A stretch of DNA of 60,000 nucleotides from assembly GCA_013239625.1 (NCBI GenBank), contig MU053933.1, positions 2,691,026 through 2,751,025 on the forward strand, given 5' to 3'. Below the pieces are notes generated by a model. It ran no database searches. It saw only the letters and a program-made list of their open reading frames with translations, and had not been told where the DNA came from. This document shows, piece by piece, positions 59,266 through 60,000 of the stretch (position 1 is the stretch's first letter; every line of letters begins with the position of its first letter). The translations under genes and the position numbers were made by a program. Origin of the DNA: Lama guanicoe. Taxonomy: Eukaryota.

Positions 59266-60000
59266 AAACGGACACTCCGTGGGTTTCGGCAAGTGCCTGA
59301 TAACACGTCCACTAGTTTGGGTCCTTTCTCTTAGGTTAAGAACTAGGCGAGGGCCAGCCGAGGGCGTCAAGGTCACAGTGACAACCTCCGTCACGTTCCT
59401 CCCTCCGAGAGCGTTCGCCCTGGAAGGAGCGCTTCCACCACCAGCCCCGTTCCGCATCCCGGGCGCGCGTCCAGAAGTCTGCTGTCCTATCTCCCCGGTG
59501 GCGTGTGCCAATGCACAGACGGGTAACTCAGAGGCTGGGTTTTTCTTCTGGGTGTAAGCTGATACTCAAAACAGAACCTTGGATTCAAAACACAGTTTTG
59601 TTTCCTAAGAGAAATTCAGTCATCCTGGCTGGAATTCAGACGGAAACTGACGGCGCTCACGAGCTCTTCCTGTGTGAACCCGCGTCCGCCCGCTTCTTAA
59701 TTGTTTCCCCGTTTCCTTGTGCTTTTCTGCCCAGGAGTCCAACACCTTTCAAACTGAGGTTTCAACATGACTTCTTCCTCCTAGAAAGAGAACGCTTTCT
59801 TGAAACAAGCGGAAGCTGAGACCAGCTCGCACAAGCCTGGCTGGAGTCGGAGTCAGCGCAAACTCCGGACCCCCGTCCACCTCCCGTGGGTTTGAGAAGT
59901 CCCAGGACAGGGGGCCGACCGGGGAGGCAGCCGGGAGGCGGGAAGAGGAAGGAGCCAGCAAGTGGGGGATTTCCCTCCCAGCACGGGACCGTTTGGAAAT

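Noticed and set aside
19000..60000. COL18A1 first exons or another protein-coding gene upstream of POFUT2
   Set aside because: No signal-peptide exon, Gly-X-Y repeat or other recognisable coding exon was found. Short exons or lncRNAs cannot be excluded by eye.

Overview
This is mammalian genomic DNA, very GC- and CpG-rich, and most likely camelid (inferred from three Vic-1-type tRNA-derived SINEs and cetartiodactyl-type L1 3' ends). It holds one complete protein-coding gene, POFUT2 (GDP-fucose protein O-fucosyltransferase 2), on the minus strand. The gene has 9 coding exons from ATG 18523 to TGA 5084; all introns are GT-AG, the phases are consistent, and the CDS is 1290 nt (429 aa). It has a CpG-island promoter at about 18.2-18.85 kb and a poly(A) signal at 4301-4306. 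The remaining ~41 kb upstream looks non-coding: L1 fragments of several ages, five MLT1 LTRs, hAT-Charlie MITEs and SINEs. By human synteny this should be the interval towards COL18A1, but no COL18A1 exon was found. Almost all ORFs in the track are GC-content or repeat artefacts. I found no convincing new biological system. The best leads are a 57-bp near-perfect duplication with fold-back junction sequences (55.8/56.9 kb), a run of AT-to-GC amino-acid changes in POFUT2, an SRF/MEF2/AP-1 motif cluster at 45.6-46.2 kb, and a symmetric ETS/RFX promoter. Repeat subfamily names and human comparisons come from recall, not from a search.
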